A stretch of 64,000 nucleotides of DNA from Lepidodermella squamata (GCA_047495785.1 JBLDXI010000009.1:4278001-4342000); one strand, 5' to 3'; shown: positions 1-16,625, numbered from the stretch's first letter. The notes: a model not told the origin generated them from the letters alone. Numbers and translations: made by a program.

Positions 1-1937
1 ATAAGGTAGTAGTCATAATAATAATAATCGAAAAATCGGCGCTGATTTATTCTTCTAGAGGTTATCTATGCGCGGTAGTAACGAGCGTGCCGTTGAGTGA
101 TGGAACCGGGCGCGGAGACCGGCGCCCGAATCGGAAGCGGAAACGCAGCCACCTGGAACGATCTTCATTATTTTTCAGCGCGCAGCTAGCCCGGGTTATA
201 GATAAAACTTTGATAATGGCGAAAAATGCGGAAATTGTTTGTTTGCGTAGCGCGTGGCGTTGCGCTCGTTTCGCCCGCATGTGCGCCCGGCGAAAGACGG
301 CCCTCGCTCATAACAAGCCCGATCATTGCGCGCAGGCAGGTCAGTGGTAAAAAACCGGGCGGCTCAGAAAAATCCCGCGCTCATACCCACCCGCTCAGAG
401 TGTATAGGTTTGCTTAACGCGCGTCTCTCTTCAAAGTAACGCGGCGACAAATGTTATTTCTATGAAAGATGAAAGATGATTGCTAAGCACACCAAGTAGG
501 TAAGAGAGAGAGACAAAACACGCGCGCAGGTTTGCAAGCAAAATAAAAACAATGATGATATTATTCATGAAGAGAGATGGGCGAGGCTGAGACACCCTAC
601 TGCGACGACGATGCGCGGTATATAATAATAATAATAATAATAATAATATATTCCGCTACCGGATTTTACGTAAGTGTAATAGAAGCCGCGAGACGACGCG
701 CGAGAAAAAAATCGCGCGAAAAATAATATTTTTACAATCGGCGGAATTTTCATCTTGGTTAGGCAGTAGGCAGTAGGATTTTTCCTCCACCACCAATGCC
801 ATCAGGCCGTAATACTGGCAGACTGCACTTGTCGTTTCGCTTTATCGTCACTAATCACACGCGCGCTTCGTCAAACAAACGTGGCTTGACAGAGGGATGA
901 AGAGCTGCTGCTACTGTTGGAGATGGCCTGTCAACAGATTTATTAGCCGCCCATCATATTGTTATTGCATAACGACGAAGATGCGCACAGAGGCGGAACG
1001 CGGTGACTTATCGCTGCTGGGACTATAAGTGACTGTGATAATAATAATAATCCCTCGGCCGCGAAAAGACAGCAGCGGCGACAAAGGAAACGGGAAGTAA
1101 TGATGATGGCAGGCGCATCGCTCTCAAGCGGCTATTTCCTTAATCAAACACGCGGCTGTGAGAGATAGGCGACGAGCATCAAGTGGCCCGCGAAATGATG
1201 ATGATGATGACATTTCGCCAATAATTAACATTCGCGCAGGGCCTGGTTGTTTATTATTACACATGACCCGAAACGCGTACTTGATAGCGGCAACAACGCG
1301 CGGTCGCGACGGCGCGGCCCTTTGCCCATCTTATAATAACGCAGCAATAATATGACTCATCATTTTGCTTGCTCGGTGAGGAAGCACGCGACACCAGGCT
1401 GTAATTGGGGTGCGCAATTAAAAATATTAGTCGAATCATCGATTTTTTTCACGTAACTACTGACCACCACCACGCGGCAAATCACGCTAAGACGATGCGA
1501 TTGATACAAGTCTTGAAACACGCGAAAAAAACTATCGAATTTCCCCCAACTTCGGGTTTGGTATAAAACAAAACGTCGGGTGTGTTTTAAGGGGGAACAA
1601 GGGCCGAGAAAATGAGAGGCTAAAATCAGCAGGCGACGATATGTAAAAAACTTCGATGCTAGGTAAAAAGGGCCCCGGATAATTGAAATAAAAAAATAGC
1701 CATGATTTTTTCTGGATTTTTAAGGAGGATCGGTTTTTCTCTCGGTTTGATTTTCAGAAATGAAAAGTAATAAATGAGAGATAGTAATATTTTTGTTGTC
1801 GTCATGAGGGTAGAATTATATACACCGATGGAATTTTCTTCTCAATTATTCGCACCTCTTTTCAACGCAAGCAGCTGAAAAAATTGATTAATTTGTTTGC
1901 AAAAATTTCGAAAAAATATTGCGAGATCAAAATATTA

Positions 1938-3957
<2,020 letters not shown>

Positions 3958-6530
3958 TTGATTCGTTGTCTGTGACTTTTGTTCAATTTATTTGATTCTT
4001 TCGATGACTGACTGACTGACGACAAGATGATGAAGAGGATCCGATGAACGAAAATTTGTTATTAAAAACAACTCGTGGTCGGTTTACAGGATCGAAAACG
4101 GTGCGACGGTGACAGAAGAGAAGAGAAGAGAAGGGACTCTTGGGGTCTGCTGTAATAAAATAAAACGCAAAAATTATGAAATTTTCTTGGCAATTATTCG
4201 CCTCAAATCACAAAAATCAAGCTAACTTATTATATATTAATTAAAGATGAAATTAATATAAATTTATTGCCAGAATAGAGAGATACAATTGACCGAAAAA
4301 ATTAAAAAATCTGATAAAAATTTAAATATTCATTTTTGATTAAGGAAATATCACAGAAATGCTTTCAAAAATGTTCAGAATTTTCTAGCAATATATGAAG
4401 GCCTAAATTTTTCAGATGAAAATATTCTAATATTTTCCGAATTAATACAAAATTTCTTCTGTTTTATTAAGCTATCTCTTGGGCTGAATTATTGGGGGAA
4501 AATGCGTTCAAAGTGGGTTTAATTTTAGCTGAATTAAAACAGGGCGCGAAACTGTGGTTGGGGGTGGCTGGCCCCGGAGTATAGTTGAGGGTCACTAATC
4601 GAAATGCAAATTTGGTGTTACTACAAATTACAGCGCGAGAGGTTCTTGCACAGGCCAAAATGGACCTATAGCTGCCGAGTACCAGCCCGTGCTACAACTA
4701 CTACTTGATTTTCTCGCATTTATTACATTGCGGCGCTGGTGTTATTATTATTATTGAAACAAACTCGACTCCACTCCACACCTCGTGTGTCTCTCTCTAT
4801 CGCCGTCAATTTTGCGCCGCCGTATCAGGTTGCACGCGCCTCGGCGCATTTATAACGCGCAACGTCGCGCGCACAATAAACTTGTACAGCAGCAGAATTA
4901 TTTTACATCATTGTTTCGCCGCGCCAACCACCAGCAGCCTCGATTTATACGCATACGAATGCACGACGTTGGAGTTTAACGAAGCGCGGCGTGTGCCAAT
5001 AATAATTCGGCTCGGAAATTGAGTCCCTACACACCTAATTTATGTAGACTTCGAAATTTTCAGAGTTAACGCGAAAATACCTAGCCTAGCGTTATAACTT
5101 GATTACAAACACATCACGCTTGAATAATTATTCAATTTTACAAATAATATGTAAAAACTCTGTATATTACCTTGAGTTATATATATATATGTGAGTGATG
5201 ATGAGATAGGAAGAGAGCAACTACAGGTAAGGACGGGGGAATTTTTACACAAAAACGTTCACCCGTCCAACAATCCTCGCTCGAAGAATTTCCTGGTTAC
5301 ACTCCCAAAGAAAAATTAATGACAAAATATTTCGCCTAAAATGAAGATGGTATATAGCTGAGTATATTATGGTACTACATATAATAGTGCTCTTCGTCTC
5401 TAGTAGTAATATGAGCGCTTAAGGTTGCAGAAGTGCGTAGATGCCCATTTTCGCCATGGTAATAATGATCGTGGGCAATAATAATTTTATCATCGCCTGG
5501 ACACGCTCTAACGCAGTCATAAATAATAAAGTCTAGGTATAATATAGGCGCCAAGACGGCACCGAAGCGCGCCCATTTTATTGGTGTGTGTGTATAGCCG
5601 AACACGCACGGCGAGCCATAACAATAACAATAATAACACTCTGTACAGCTCAGGACCACTAAAAGTCAGTTTATAATAATAATAATAATTCGCAAGATAT
5701 CGCTTCTCTCCACAGTTCAGTAAATATAAGGCAGCGATGTGCGTCCTAATAATATTAATGACCTATATTAATGGCGGCATCTGGATGCGCGCGCGATTTT
5801 TGCGCGCTTGATTTTTCGCCAAATCCATTTAGAGCCAGCTTAATAATAAGATGAATCGCGCAGCAGGTATATTATAATGTGTGATAACGCGCTGGTTATA
5901 TACAAAAAGTAGGCAGGGCCAATATAATATATTTTAAGTAATCACCCACCCTCTGTGTTACGCTCTATACGCAAAAATGCTAATGCAAACGCATGAACAA
6001 GACAATATAATGTGATATATTGCTAGTAGAGCGTTAATATAGGAAGGCTTATAACCGGTGTCTCAGAGCGTAACCGAAAAATAGTATATATATTTTCTAA
6101 GGCCCGGCGGGAAAACACCTGTGTACATCAGGGTGAGCGCAATGTTGTTATTATTGCGGCCCATTATTACCGACTATTTTTTTCTTTATATTATCATCTC
6201 TGTATAAAATGGCGATGCAATATCTAGGCGCATCAGGTTATAAGGCCTGACTTACAGCGGTAAATAACAAGCGCGATGAATAATCACGGCGCCGGAAAAA
6301 TGATAAAAATAACAAGACTTTTCCGAGTACAAAATTACTCCGCGAAATAATATCAAGTGAAAAAAATGCAGAAAAAATTATTGAAGAAATAGTTGTGGAA
6401 CTTACCAGTGACAACAACGGATCGATAGGTGTTGTGATGAGGTAACGGAAATAGATAGAGAGATGAACACAAAGAGCGACACGAAAAATTTACCACGACA
6501 AATTACTGTCTAATAGAAATTTTTAGGGCG
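3958..6530 (-). other. Probable 5' UTR exons/introns of PCBP
   Basis: Pyrimidine tract plus tandem acceptor TTACAG|CAG at about 4148-4153; consensus donors AAG|GTAAT (about 5170) and CTG|GTAAG (about 6405). Upstream limits are not defined. Confidence 0.4.
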
Positions 6531-6660
6531 CTTCGTGTCTCGGCGGCAGTTTATATCTCTCTCGGTATTAACTTGACGTTTAATACTTGTTTAAACACGT
6601 CAAACACGACGTTGACTAGAAATTCAAGAAAAAAATGACAAGAAAATTATTTAAAGAAAT

Positions 6661-7595
6661 GCCACATATTAGACACCCTAATCCTATCAAGAATAATTAG
6701 AAAAAAATGTCCCTTAATTTTCGGAGAAAATTATTGGCTAATTTTCCCGGCACAATTTTGAGTATGGGGAAGGTAACTGTTGGGAAATAACTCGAAAATC
6801 CAATTTTTTCGGAAAATATTCAGAAAAATTATTCCAAATATTCGCCTATATTAGACACCCTAATCCTATCAGGAATAATCAGGAAAAAAATGCCCCTTAA
6901 TTTTTGGATAAAATTATTAGCTAATTATTAGACACCCTAATTAACCAATTTCGATGGCAAAATTTCGGTGAAATGTCAACTCGTCCGCGACAAGTCATCC
7001 GGTGACAAGTCATCCGCGACAACTCATCCGTGGACAACTCATCCGAAATTAAATAAATATTTAAATAATTATTTTTAGTGACAACTCATCCGGTGACAAC
7101 TGGTCCGGCCCGGCCGAGTTGTCGCGGATGAGTTGTCGCTAAAATTAAATAATTAATTATTTTTTAATTATTTAAATTCTGGGACAACTCGTCTACGGAC
7201 AAGTCATCCGCGCCAACTCATCCTGAATTTACCAACAAATGTTATATTTCGAATTTCGGATGAGTTGACCGTGGACGAGTTGTCCCAGAATTTAAATAAT
7301 TAAAAAATAATTAATTATTTAATTTTAGCGACAACTCATCCGCGACAACTCGGCCGGGCCGGACCAGTTGTCACCGGATGAGTTGTCACTAAAAATAATT
7401 ATTTAAATATTTATTTAATTTCGGATGAGTTGTCCACGGATGAGTTGTCGCGGATGAGTTGTCGCGGACGAGTTGACCGCGGATGAGTTGACGCCCCACG
7501 AAAATTTCGAGTATGGGGAATTTTTAGGAAATAACTCGGAAATCCAAGTTTTTCGGAAAAATATTCCATAATTTTCCTTTATTAGGCACCCTCGT
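6661..7595. repeat. Two diverged ~180-bp tandem units; the second is interrupted by a foldback element
   Basis: ATATTAGACACCCTAATCCTATCA...GAGTATGGGGAA...GGAAATAACTCG.AAATCCAA.TTTTTCGGAAAATATTC occurs at 6661-6840 and again at 6844-6967 plus 7501-7570. Confidence 0.8.
6968..7500. mobile_element. Non-autonomous foldback/MITE (MULE-like) element with 9-bp target site duplication
   Basis: Near-perfect ~180-bp inverted arms (about 7011-7193 and 7275-7457) built from GACAACTCATCCG subrepeats; AAAATTTCG is duplicated at 6959-6967 and 7501-7509. Confidence 0.88.
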
Positions 7596-8719
7596 GCGAA
7601 AATTCCGGGAATATTTTTGTGAAATAGCTCAATTTGGTATTAGGTAGCGAGGCTAATTCCAAAAATTTTCGTAATTATTAAGGCGGTGAAAATGAAAGAC
7701 TGTCCCATATGGATAATCATGGCAATGAGCTGCGATGAGTATAGGAAGGGGAGTAAGGATTTCGGCGCAAAATATATTTGGCGAGCGAGGGAGCAACTCT
7801 TCATCTTGTTGTGTCTACTCGAGGCGCATCATACGGGCGCTCTTCTGCTCATTTACCGCGCGCACCAGTCTAATAATGTGTTGATGCCGATATGATACCG
7901 CGGTTAATATTGTGGACGCGGCCCTCTTTTCAGGGCGGTGTAATGACACAAACACACACACACAGAGCAGGAGAAGGAGCAGGCATGAGGAGCAAATAGC
8001 TTTCGGGGCGACATGGACACCCTGTATTATTAACCGGTTTTATTATCCCCAGGTAAATTACGGTACTGTATAACAGCGAGGCGTGTTATTGCTGAAGTCG
8101 AGTAGCCTGGCTATGTGTGTTTATCTCATCATCAATGCCTCGTCAAGCCGGGCCCCGCAAGTTGACGTTTCGAGAGGTTGCGATATACGTCAACGTTAAA
8201 AGCAGGCCGGTATCTGCTATTACAGCGTAGGATACGAGTATACAGGAAATACAAATTACAGCGCAGAAAAATAAAAAGCTTCCGATGATAGGATGGGGAT
8301 AATGGCTTATTATATGACGCATCATTAAGGGAGACACGCTCGAGAGCGGGAAGTGAATGAATGTTGTCTTGTTCGCTGTATATCATCTCGATTTAATGAC
8401 GTGAAAGGTAGTAGGACAAGTTTGATGGCAAGCCGCGGCAAACAACAACACGGTCAGGGCGCGGCTGAAAAACACAAAGCCAGCCGTTCGTGCACGCTAC
8501 AACGCTTCGACGAGATGACTTGGAGTTGAAAAAAGGAAGGCATGACTTGGAAGCATCGCTGCGAGTTTTTTCTTCGTTTGAACGCTAGCGTAGCTACGAA
8601 TAGACAGCTTTGTGCCGCCAATTGGCTACACGGTCATTTTGGGACACAGGTTAAGAAAGAAGCTGGATCTTATGAGGCCGAAGGATCATAACAAGATTAG
8701 AATGAAAAATTACGAAATT

Positions 8720-9420
8720 CCTAATTCGAACCTTATCCCTAATCTTCTTACAATTGTATTTATATTCCGAATCCTATCTCAAATTCGTTATCAAATTCAG
8801 TAAGTCGAAATCCGAATCGGTTCCTAATTCCTTACATGTCCTGATTCTATTCCTATCAATCTGACCCCGTTCCCCTTCTAAAGCCCATACCAGATCCTTA
8901 CTTATCTTCGATGCCGATGTCTAATTCGAATCCTTCCTATTCTTCCTATTCCTAACGTAGTCCTGTCCCAATTTGGATTCCGTCTTGCGCTATTCATTTT
9001 CAAATAGATGAGGCAATCCTATTCGTAACAATTCCTGTTCGTATTCCTATCTGAGTATTCATATCCTATCCTATCCTATATCCTACCCTATCCTATCCTG
9101 TCCTGTCCTGTCCTGTCCTGTCCAGTCCTGTCCTGTTCGATCCGGTCCTGTATTGTCATATCCTATATCCTATTCCTTTCACCTTCTTTTCCTGTCCTAC
9201 TTTATTCCTATCATGTTGATAGGAATAAAGTGATGATCCAATTATAATTCATAATTGCAATATTCTGGAAAATCGGAATCCTATTCATAATCCTTACAAA
9301 TTTTGCATTATCCTTTCCTAATCTTACACCACTCTCACTTGCCGCATTATCATATGCCACTTATTCAGATTCCCAATTCCATCCCAACTTCTTATCATTT
9401 CCTATTTAATTTCTTTCTAA
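8720..9420. repeat. Low-complexity (ATCCT)n/(GTCCT)n pentamer-derived tract
   Basis: Pure ATCCT/GTCCT run at about 9063-9135, with degenerate TTCCTA/ATCCTA copies around it. Confidence 0.7.
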
Positions 9421-12400
9421 TTTCCTGAAGTGATCAAACGGAAAAAGGTTAAGAGGGTACAGAAAGCGAAGGTTGAAGTTGTCATTTCAAAAATGAATTG
9501 CTGGCTGTATCTAATTGAACCGCAAATTATAGGAAGAAAATTTTTCTAGGTCACGGACCTAGAAAATGGCTGACTGGCCGAGTAATAAAGAAAAAAGATG
9601 ATCAATGGCTATAGAATGGACTGTGACGAAAACAAAAGCGGGGCTGATCTTTGTCAAAAATTGATGATTTATTCATCGAATATCAACGACGATGGCGATA
9701 CGGAGTAGGTAATTACGTTTAAGACGCCGAATTTTGATATATAATGAGTTGTCTATGTATCATCGTCGTCCTTATGCTGCTGATCCTGGCAGCGGGGCGG
9801 CGAAAATTTCGAAAAGTTATTATTACCGCATATACTGTATATACGCAAGGCCGTGTTTACGAGTGACTAACCCGGCGAGGGGCGATGAACAAGAAGCAGC
9901 CAGCAGCCACACCCGGCCGCGTATAGCCGATGGCTATGCGATGTAAAGCGAACCGCTAATTGGTGAGTTGGTTGGTGCGAGAGAGATAAGGAATGAAATG
10001 GCGATGGCATCATCCTATATACTGGAGGGTACGGGGGACCAAGTTACAAAACGAAAGACTGACAATAATTTTCGGTCGTCGTCGGCGTTGCTGCGGCGAA
10101 AATTCAATTTTCGAACCCGGGGCCGAAGCTGCGAACGGCTATTATTACTACTACTACAGCGATAATAAAGTGCGTCGGCATTTCGACTCATCCGCGATCA
10201 AAAGCAGCACGGGCCAGGAAATGTAACGGCGCTTGAATCGATTTCAATTTGCCGCGAAAAACGCGCGCGGGCATTAACGCGTCTCATTATATATTGCTTT
10301 TCAATTTGCGCGCGCGCGCTCTCGCTCAAAATTTTAAAAGTAAATATATATAATGCGCTGCTGCTGCTGCTGAGAAAATAATTTATTTTCAATAATGAAG
10401 ATGAAAAAGACGCCGTAGCCAATAATAATGGAAGAAGGGGCGAGGTCGGTACGCGCGACTTTTGTTGTATGTTGAAATGTTTAAGAAATACTTATAGCTT
10501 CTAATCGCTTATAATAGTAGCGAGTAGTATTGTAGCCGGATGCGCGCGCGAGTCGCGAGCCGCGATGACCCCGCCGCTCGCGCAAATGTTCACTTGGCAT
10601 GCAAAGGCGCGCGCGCGCAATATTTACGCGCAAATTGACGGTCAAACAAACACGTGCGCGCCTATAGGTAGAGGCAGAGGCAGCTTTAGGCCTGATCGTA
10701 AAAATAGATACATTGTATACAGCAGCAGAAGTCGAAGATTATCGCGCATCTTCTTGTTCAAGTAGCCATATACCTATCTATCTATAGGTATTTCTCATTA
10801 TCACGGCCTGGGAAAATAAATACCAGCAGTCATCACGGCTGAGTGGCAGATAGATACATGAGTGGCGATAAAATCAAAATCTGCTACGTTCGATTGTTTT
10901 CATAAACGTTAAGTATATTGGTAATTAACATCGCCGAATTCGAACCCGGGGCGTGGTTTTACAGATTTGCGAGATTGGCGATAAACAGGTATTGTTATAG
11001 GTTAACTGGGTCAAAATAATAAAGCCGAAAAATATCTAAATAAATACGAAAAAAAATTTCCTACAGCAAAAATAAAAAAAAATAAAAATAAAAATAAAAA
11101 TAAAAGGAAATAAAAAGGAAATAAAATGAAATCAAGCAAAATTCCACACAAAATTCGGATATAATTTACATAATATAATTTGAATGCAGAGTGAAATGTA
11201 TTAGGGGACTTCTCAGGTTTGAGATTCCCCAACTCACTGATAGAAAATACGAAAAATTGAAAATAATTAGGAGATTGCTATATTGTCCCAAAATAATTTG
11301 ACACCTTCCATGTTTTTTATCAAGTCAAACCACCCAACCCAATCGAATACTGAGAAATATACTAATAAACTCTTAATTATGACAAATTGTACTAATAAAA
11401 CGAAAAAATTCTTCGAAATTGCGGAAATATTTAGGATTTGATTTGAAATCGCACTCAAATATTTCCGGAATTTTTAAGAAGTGATGACCCAGTAATTACT
11501 TGATTTAATAAAGCGCGCCTAAATTATAGGCCTGACTTGGATTGATACTTATTCGCAAAAGCGAATATTATAGCGAATGAGTGCGAGCGAGTCCCAAAAT
11601 TCGGTGAGTCCGATGTACTAGCCGAAAATAGAAAGTGGTGTTTATCGCCCTAATACCAGCCCAGCGGGTCAGAAGCAAACCAGCATGCCTGCCAGCCTGC
11701 CTGCCAAACGTGAGGAGGTTGAAAGCCGGCAACAGTTGGCAGGCTTCAAGCGAGCGCACGCGTGCGCAACAGTCAAGTGAAAAATTGCCGGCAAAAGCAA
11801 TAAGTTAACAACAATTTGTAACATTGCGTAGATGGACACACACGAGAGAGATGCGCATCGCATCGCTCACAGGGGCCGCGCCGCTCACGTATCATCAACC
11901 GGCCCCCAGTGTAAGAAGATCTATTAACTAACATGAGCGATTAATTTCTTGATTGATTGTCGGCGCACGCAAAGTGTGTGCGCAACAGCTGTGCGCACAC
12001 CGCAATAAAAGTGCGCGCATCATCAATTTGACGCGCGTGAAATTTTTCAAACGCGCACACGGGTCAAGGCCAAGTGAGCGACTATATTTATTATTACACC
12101 ATGTGGGCAACAACACGGGTTGTATCTGATGAGAAAACTACCAAGGGCAGGCACGCTCCAGTTGTTGCTAGCACTCACTGAGATCATCAATCAGCCGAAC
12201 ATTCAGCGATGGATATATTGTTATCATTATTGCTGTGGCGATTTACCGTGTACTACCACCTATCTGCTGGATGTAACAGGCAGATTGATAGATAGATAAG
12301 CCTGCGAAGTGCTAGTCGAGTGATGACGGCTTGTAACCACTCCAGAGATAACCCCCCGGCTGGTTATTATTATTATTATTGCTATTTTTCGAAAAGGCGC

Positions 12401-15400
12401 GCGCTATTTTCCAGGTATATTCAACATCAACAGGCGATGGAGATTTACACGGTATAAAACAGGCGGAATAGTATACTACCTATAACATAAATAGCTGTGT
12501 ACATTTTGGTTATCTCGCGGATGGTGGCTAAACTTGACTGACATGCATTAATACCAGCTGTAAAGCCGAGCGCGAGAAATCTAATAATATAAATAATACG
12601 ATGCGAATAAATCGAAAAATTGATTTTTATGGCGATTCCCACCACTCTATATACAACATGTGGGCATGCTGTTAACTCAGGGCTGCGGGTTTTTTTTTCG
12701 CGCGCCGTGATGAGATAAAATGATTATTTTTGCAGTTGAAAATGATGATTTTAAGGCGGAGAGAAAAAAATCAGCGAAAATTGAGTAATGTTTACATGAG
12801 AGCGTGGCTATAAGTGCCAAGTTGGACGCAAATAATGAGGAAAAAATTCGACGAAAAATGCAAAAATCGACGATAAAAACTGATTTTTTGCTGCAATATC
12901 TAATGCACTGTCGAAAGTATAATGAAAATTTGCTCAGAAAATGCTCATTAAAATGATGAATCTGAGAGGTGAAATTTGGGACATTATCCAAGTAGATATT
13001 ATCTTTGATTGCTGTGGAACGAAATTTCAAAAGATGGCACCAAACGCAATTTTTCGAATATTTTCCTCTGATCACGTTCCGAAGATGAGGATCAGGACTT
13101 ATAGTGAAAACCACGGATATTTTCAGCGCAATTTATTTGGAATTTTTAAAATCAGTCCTATAATTCAAGAAATTTCAGGAAAGGCAGCATTGGGCGAAAT
13201 AGCTATTTAAAATTTGGCTCCGCTAAATATAAGACTAAATATTACTAGGAGTATAATTCCAACAAGAAATAAGATGAAAAAAAGCATCTCGTCCTCATTT
13301 CAGTGATGAAACTTGGAAAAATTAGAAGTCTTAAGAATCACAAGTCTGGGAAAATTCTGACTAATCAGAAGTATTCGGAGTTTCAAATTTCGAATATGAG
13401 ATCCTCACTCGACGTGAATGCCTCAAATTAGGAATTTGAACGTTTCTTCTTTCTTCTAATAATTGAATTTTTTTAAGAACTTGGCTGGAAAAGTTCGCTA
13501 ATTTTGTCAGTTAGCAGCACCATTTGAGATTTCATTTAGCAAAACTTACGCGGGATAAATCGGAGAGTCGGTAGAGCTAGAAAGTTTCCCAGGAGAAATT
13601 CACTATTTTTCAGGACAAATTTTAAAAATATACGCCTATAAAATCTCTATCAAAATTTGCCTTTTTTTCGAGATTTTCAAGATTTTTTTTAATTTTGTAG
13701 CAAACTCATGCTTAGTAGAAATTGAATCGGGAAAAATAGGCGTGGTAATTAATGAAAAATAATAAACCGGTACTGGAAGTGAAAAAAGGTTATAATAATT
13801 TCAACTGTAAGTAATAGGCGAAGGCCATCGCATAATAGTAGACTATATGGCGGCGCGTGTCCCGCCTTTTCGTACTCTGACATTTATACCATTATACGAC
13901 AGTTTTTGGCGTTTAGTAATGCCATTATACGCTCACTAAATAAAGTGCGCGCGAGCCTCATATTATTATTAGTATTATTACAATTATTTACAGTGCGAGG
14001 CGCTCCTTTCTGCTCTCGCAAAGATCCGCGGCGCCAAAGTCTCGCGAGAGGCGCGCGCGGTATAATAATCACGCGCAATAATGCGCGCAGTACAGTTATG
14101 CGTATAATATTCCCGATTTATATAAAGGATTTATCTTCAGACGCTCGCCACGTCCAGAAACCCTGGGCCACGTTTATGCAAAATCGCCTCGTCAACCCAC
14201 TTAAAGTCATCCGAAAGTCATAATACCTAGATAATAAAGGCCTATTTGCTCAATTTATACTCACTTGAAAATAATAGTAATATACATAGATAAAGTAAAC
14301 AAAGTTGCGAGAAAATCAAACCTGTTATTATTGAGTTGACGGCTGGAGACTTTTTCTCGCTCAGGGTAAAAAGGCGTGGTTAGAGTAAGGATAAGGTGAG
14401 GCGGCTGAGTTGTGGGTTACGTGGCTCGGTCACCTGCGATCGGCTTCGCTCGACTTGGCTCGCTGTTTTTCCGGTTGATATGCTGATTTATAATCGACCA
14501 AATTATCGATAATAAATGAGTATAATAAAATGATAATAAGGAAAGGTGCTTAAGATCGACTTTTCCTCCCTCTAAAATTTATTTTCAAAAATTTAAAAAT
14601 AAAATCCTAAATTATTTTGGCAACCAAATCTCTCGACCAATTAAAGAATAATAGGAGCTGCAAAAACAATGAAAAAAGTATCAAATTTCTTAATACAAAG
14701 AGATGAAGCTTGAAAAAAATTTGAGATAGTAGGTTTAGCATAATTGTATCATATAAAATGGTTTTCGCGTGAAAAAATTATTTCTATATAAAAATTTGAG
14801 TATCAAATAATGCGTAATTTTTATTTTCTCAACGTAAAAAATAGCGAGGCTGCTTATAATTGGCGCCAGGTTTTGAGCGCTTACTCAACGCATAAAGCGG
14901 GTAATACCGGTATGATGGTGCTGCGGGGATAAAAAAGTTACACACAAATAAAAATTCTTCGCTGCGTTACAACACGTGTATGAGGATGCTCAAGACCAAC
15001 TACTATGGGTACCATCGTGCCGCGTGATACAACGGCCGCCGAGTGACAATAGCGTGAGAGCGGAAAAACTTCAAAATAGTAGATATGACATCGTCTGAAT
15101 TATATCGTTCGTCTCACATTTTTGCAGCGTGGCTCAATAGCATGAGATTGAAAAATTGAGCCGAAAAATCGGTTTTAGGCCTAATTTGGATTCTGAGAAA
15201 TAACTAAAACAACGCGCCAGAAAATAACTAATTTTATTGCTGTATTTAATTTCCTAATTAAAATTTTAGTCTCCTTAGCCGTTGTTGCGCAAATGACGCT
15301 GCTAAATTGTCGTTTGTCCGGTCGAAAATGATGGCGTTTCGCTCCGGTGAAAATAGAAATGAATCAATTCAGAAATTTCCAGAAAAAAAATAGAAAAATA

Positions 15401-15405
15401 ATGTA

Positions 15406-15971
15406 CCGTATTTTCCGTAATAGCTTCAGGGGGCATTGTAATTTCAAAGCTTCGAAAAAGGGGGGTTGTAAACGTGTTACAATTGCGAGCATGCGACTTT
15501 ATTGTTTCAAAGCAAGTTTTCAGGTGTTAAAATTGAGTAAAAATTAGAATAAATTGATAATTTTTGAACTAAAGTCAACAGCTTTTCATTAAAATCGAGA
15601 ACTTCATCGTTCGATTGCGAGTTTTCAGCCATTTTTATGCAAATTATTGAAATTTTAAAATTTGGTTTTCTTCAAATCATGAATGCTAGGAAATCGACAG
15701 CTACTTTGGCAATTTTCGTTGCTGAACTTCTCTCACTCGGCTATGTTTCGCCATTTTCTATCAAACATGCCCATCAAACGCCTCAGAAATAGAATTTCAA
15801 AAATTTAGGCGCTATTATTTTTAAATGCGATTTTCAAAGTTTGAATTAAAATTTAGGTCCCGGGTAGCTATTGCGAGTATGAGGCTTTATTTTTTCAAAG
15901 GCCTTAAAAGGGGGGTTGTAAACGGGACGGGCGGTAATAACGGGTATATGAAGCTATTACGGAATATACGG
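15406..15971. mobile_element. Tc1/mariner-pogo-type MITE
   Basis: TIRs CCGTATTTTCCGTAATAGCTTCA (from 15406) and TGAAGCTATTACGGAATATACGG (to 15971), 1 mismatch in 23 bp, flanked by TA on both sides. Internal direct repeat AAAAGGGGGGTTGTAAACG; no transposase ORF. Confidence 0.85.
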
Positions 15972-16153
15972 TATCTGCTTGTGAATCTCGAAAGGTAAAG
16001 AAATGTAGGACATGAGAATGAAAAATTGAAAGCCAAATTTCAAATTTTGCCGGTTTTTTCATGAACTGTGATAAAATAACTAGCAACGCGACAAATGAGA
16101 CAGGCATTTGAAAATATGATTTTATTGCTGAATTTAATTTCGAAATAAAAAAA

Positions 16154-16625
16154 GAGTGACTCTGCTCGTACAAATATATGTACGAGATTTTTGCTAGTCG
16201 TACATATATTCGAATGAAAACTTAGAATTTCAGCCAATTACTCAATTTCAATCCTGGCAAGTTTATTTTTTGCGGGCAAATGCCTCTAACAGGGTTCCAC
16301 ACACCTGCACATTTTTACCCGTCCATCGGTTATGGTTCCTGACAATACCGACTTCGGGTAATTTCGGGTTTCAGAGTGGCTAATTATGGGTATTCACCCT
16401 ATGCATGCCAAACTTTGAGGGGAGGTTGGTCACGCCTCGATGCACATATGGTTAAAATTTGGAACATTTGCGATCAAAATTGATAAATCCATATAATTTC
16501 AAAGTTCAGCAGAAATATTTTTGAAATATATGTACGACTAGCAAAAATCTCGTACATGTATATGTACGAGCAATATGTACGAGCAGCAAAAATCGCGTAC
16601 ATATATATGTACGAGCAGTCATTCC
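16154..16625. mobile_element. Inverted-repeat (MITE-like) element
   Basis: Left end (G)AGTGACTCTGCTCGTACAAATATATGTACGAGATTTTTGCTAGTCGTACATATATT is the reverse complement of AATATATGTACGACTAGCAAAAATCTCGTAC...GTACGAGCAGTCATTC at 16526-16625. No TSD resolved. Confidence 0.6.

Noticed and set aside
62-417. Short ORFs and a possible further PCBP exon (acceptor near 153)
   Set aside because: No KH3 or SPPKG-like sequence in any frame; cannot be assigned.
6978-7497. Regular GACAACTCATCCG repeats suggesting a CRISPR array
   Set aside because: Eukaryotic context, no unique spacers and no cas genes; explained by the foldback element.
12677-13210. 145-aa and 89-aa ORFs
   Set aside because: AT-rich, F/I/K-biased, with no motif or splice support.
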